The notes under the pieces: model-generated
What the model saw: the letters and a program-made list of their open reading frames with translations, nothing else
Told to the model about the DNA's origin: nothing
Databases searched by the model: none
Program-made: the position numbers and the translations under genes
DNA from: Phycisphaera mikurensis NBRC 102666
GTDB taxonomy: Bacteria; Planctomycetota; Phycisphaerae; Phycisphaerales; Phycisphaeraceae
Assembly (NCBI RefSeq): GCF_000284115.1
Contig: NC_017080.1
Span: forward strand, 1,770,001-1,802,000
DNA length: 32,000 bases
Direction of reading: 5' to 3'
Shown here: positions 30,940 through 32,000 of the stretch, piece after piece
Numbering within the stretch: position 1 is the first letter of the stretch
How the letters are laid out: each line of letters begins with the position of its first letter

Positions 30940-31133
30940 GCGCTCCGCTGATCGCGAAGAGCACATAAGCACGAAGTGCCGCGCCTCGATCACCCGATGC
31001 GCGCCCGCTCGTCATCCCTTGCGAAAGCAAAGCAGGCCGTCGCAACATGCAACGCAACAGCGGCCGAGCGTTCTCCAACCCGATCTGCCCCTCTTCGCGG
31101 CTTCGTGCCTTCGCGCCCTTCGCGATGGAGCGC
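30940..31133. repeat. Long imperfect inverted repeat in a lower-GC intergenic region, with an 8-bp-periodic arm
   Basis: GCGCTCC(GCTG)ATCGCGAAG (30940-30959) pairs with CTTCGCGATGGAGCGC (31118-31133). GCACGAAG (30969-30976) pairs with CTTCGTGC (31101-31108). The right arm is cttcgcgg cttcgtgc cttcgcgc c cttcgcga (31093-31125). The interior has a TTGC-GAAA-GCAA tetraloop hairpin and GCAAC x3. Confidence 0.5.
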
Positions 31134-31219
31134 AGCGTCCACCCGGGAGCAACAGAACAAGCTCCGACCCCGTCGCAAGCTCCTGTAAGGATTCCTCCCG
31201 GGCGGAGCCCCGATGCGGT

Positions 31220-32000
31220 TCAGGATCCGCCGAGCGCCGCCGCCTCGACCCGCCGCGTCTTGAGCAGCAGCAGCGCGGCCTCCAGCTGCGGGTCCAGCCC
31301 GAGGTCCAGCAGGTCCTCGGGCTGGAGACCCGGCACCTCCACCCGCTCCCGCGCTCCCTCGTCCTGCGGGTCGAGCGGGTCGAGGCCGACGCGTTGCACG
31401 GCCGGATGGCTGCGGGTGAGCAGCGGCGGCGCGGCACCGGGTCCGCGGAGCACGTCGAGCTCCTGGCGCAGCTCGACGCCCCAGGCGACGAACTGGTCGG
31501 GCACGGGGATCTCGATCGTCGGATCGATCCCCCACCGGTCCGCTCCCGGGGCCCGGTGGATCACGGCGCCGCCGGGGAGGCGGTAGTGGTGGGTCGTCAC
31601 CTTCATGCCCCAACGCGGCGGCCGGGTCGATCGCTCGCCGGGGTTCCAGAAGACGTTCTGCACCGAGCCCTTCCCGTAGGTCCGCTCGCCGACGACGGCG
31701 GCGCGGCCGGTGTCGCCGAGGATGCCGGCGACGATCTCCGCCGCCGAGGCCGAGCCCCGGTTGACGAGCACCGCCAGCGGCAGCTCGGTGTCGGTGCCGC
31801 GTCGGCGGGCCTGGTACTTGTCGCGGACGTTGCCGGCGGCGTCGATGGTCTCGACCAGAGGCCCGTCGTCGACGAAGAGGTCGGCGATCTCGATCGCGGA
31901 GCCGAGGAGGCCGCCGGGGTTGAAGCGGAGGTCCAGGATCAGGCCGTGCAGGCTGCCGTCGGCCCGGAGGCCCTCCAAACCGGCTTTCAGGTCGTCCGCC
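31220..32000 (-). CDS. ctpA: S41-family C-terminal processing peptidase (N-terminal part lies beyond the window)
   Basis: GLILDLRFNPGGLL, NRGSASAAEI (Ser nucleophile region) and GERTYGKGSVQ (catalytic Lys region). The frame stays open upstream of the TTG at 31978 to the window edge (..ADDLKAGLEGLRADG). Confidence 0.85.
   Translation of the reverse strand, partial: ADDLKAGLEGLRADGSLHGLILDLRFNPGGLLGSAIEIADLFVDDGPLVETIDAAGNVRDKYQARRRGTDTELPLAVLVNRGSASAAEIVAGILGDTGRAAVVGERTYGKGSVQNVFWNPGERSTRPPRWGMKVTTHHYRLPGGAVIHRAPGADRWGIDPTIEIPVPDQFVAWGVELRQELDVLRGPGAAPPLLTRSHPAVQRVGLDPLDPQDEGARERVEVPGLQPEDLLDLGLDPQLEAALLLLKTRRVEAAALGGS

Noticed and set aside
28027-30993. 988-aa minus-strand ORF and 843-aa + ORF 27966..30497 overlapping the large secreted-protein gene
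   Set aside because: Their sequences are highly Arg/Gly/Pro-biased. The chosen frame (28207-30897) has a signal peptide and normal amino-acid diversity.
1-32000. Mobile genetic element, prophage, genomic island or known defence system
   Set aside because: I saw no integrase, transposase, phage structural, restriction-modification, toxin-antitoxin, Cas or other defence-associated motifs in any frame. Gene content is mainly housekeeping and carbohydrate metabolism. No tRNA or rRNA gene signatures (for example a T-loop GGTTCGAATCC) were seen.

Overview
This is a very GC-rich (about 70% or more by eye) bacterial chromosomal window. All family calls come from reading motifs in the supplied translations; no searches were run. 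The gene content (a PEP-CTERM protein, a DUF1570-like HExxH protein, GH130 and GH26 enzymes, a UbiD-family decarboxylase next to DoxX) suggests a Planctomycetota/Phycisphaerae-like organism, which is inference only. I call 27 protein-coding genes, 22 of them on the + strand. The many very long antisense ORFs in the track are GC-driven shadow ORFs. Housekeeping genes are proC, a UbiD-family decarboxylase, metG, sdhB/frdB, fumC, folD and a partial S41 peptidase. A carbohydrate region holds a GH130 phosphorylase, a FucI-family isomerase, rhaB, a stand-alone class II aldolase, a Gfo/Idh/MocA oxidoreductase and a secreted CBM-GH26 mannanase. There is also a PilJ/NarX-type sensor fused to GGDEF and a degenerate EAL domain. 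The most system-like novelty candidate is a seven-gene envelope cluster (20481-25569). It is built around a minimal ExbB-like channel, an ExbD-like protein and a TonB/TolA-like anchor with a non-canonical C-terminal domain, flanked by four secreted helical proteins I cannot place in any family. No TonB-dependent receptor, TolB or Pal gene lies in the window. The non-coding DNA is unusually structured. Five copies of an exactly 46-nt palindromic element (CCGCGGAYNG-N26-CNRTCCGCGG) sit just after stop codons. Three intergenic arrays have 8-bp periodicity and are tied to hairpin arms. Several 135-200 nt foldback elements are present. I found no rRNA, tRNA, CRISPR, transposase, integrase or recognisable defence genes.
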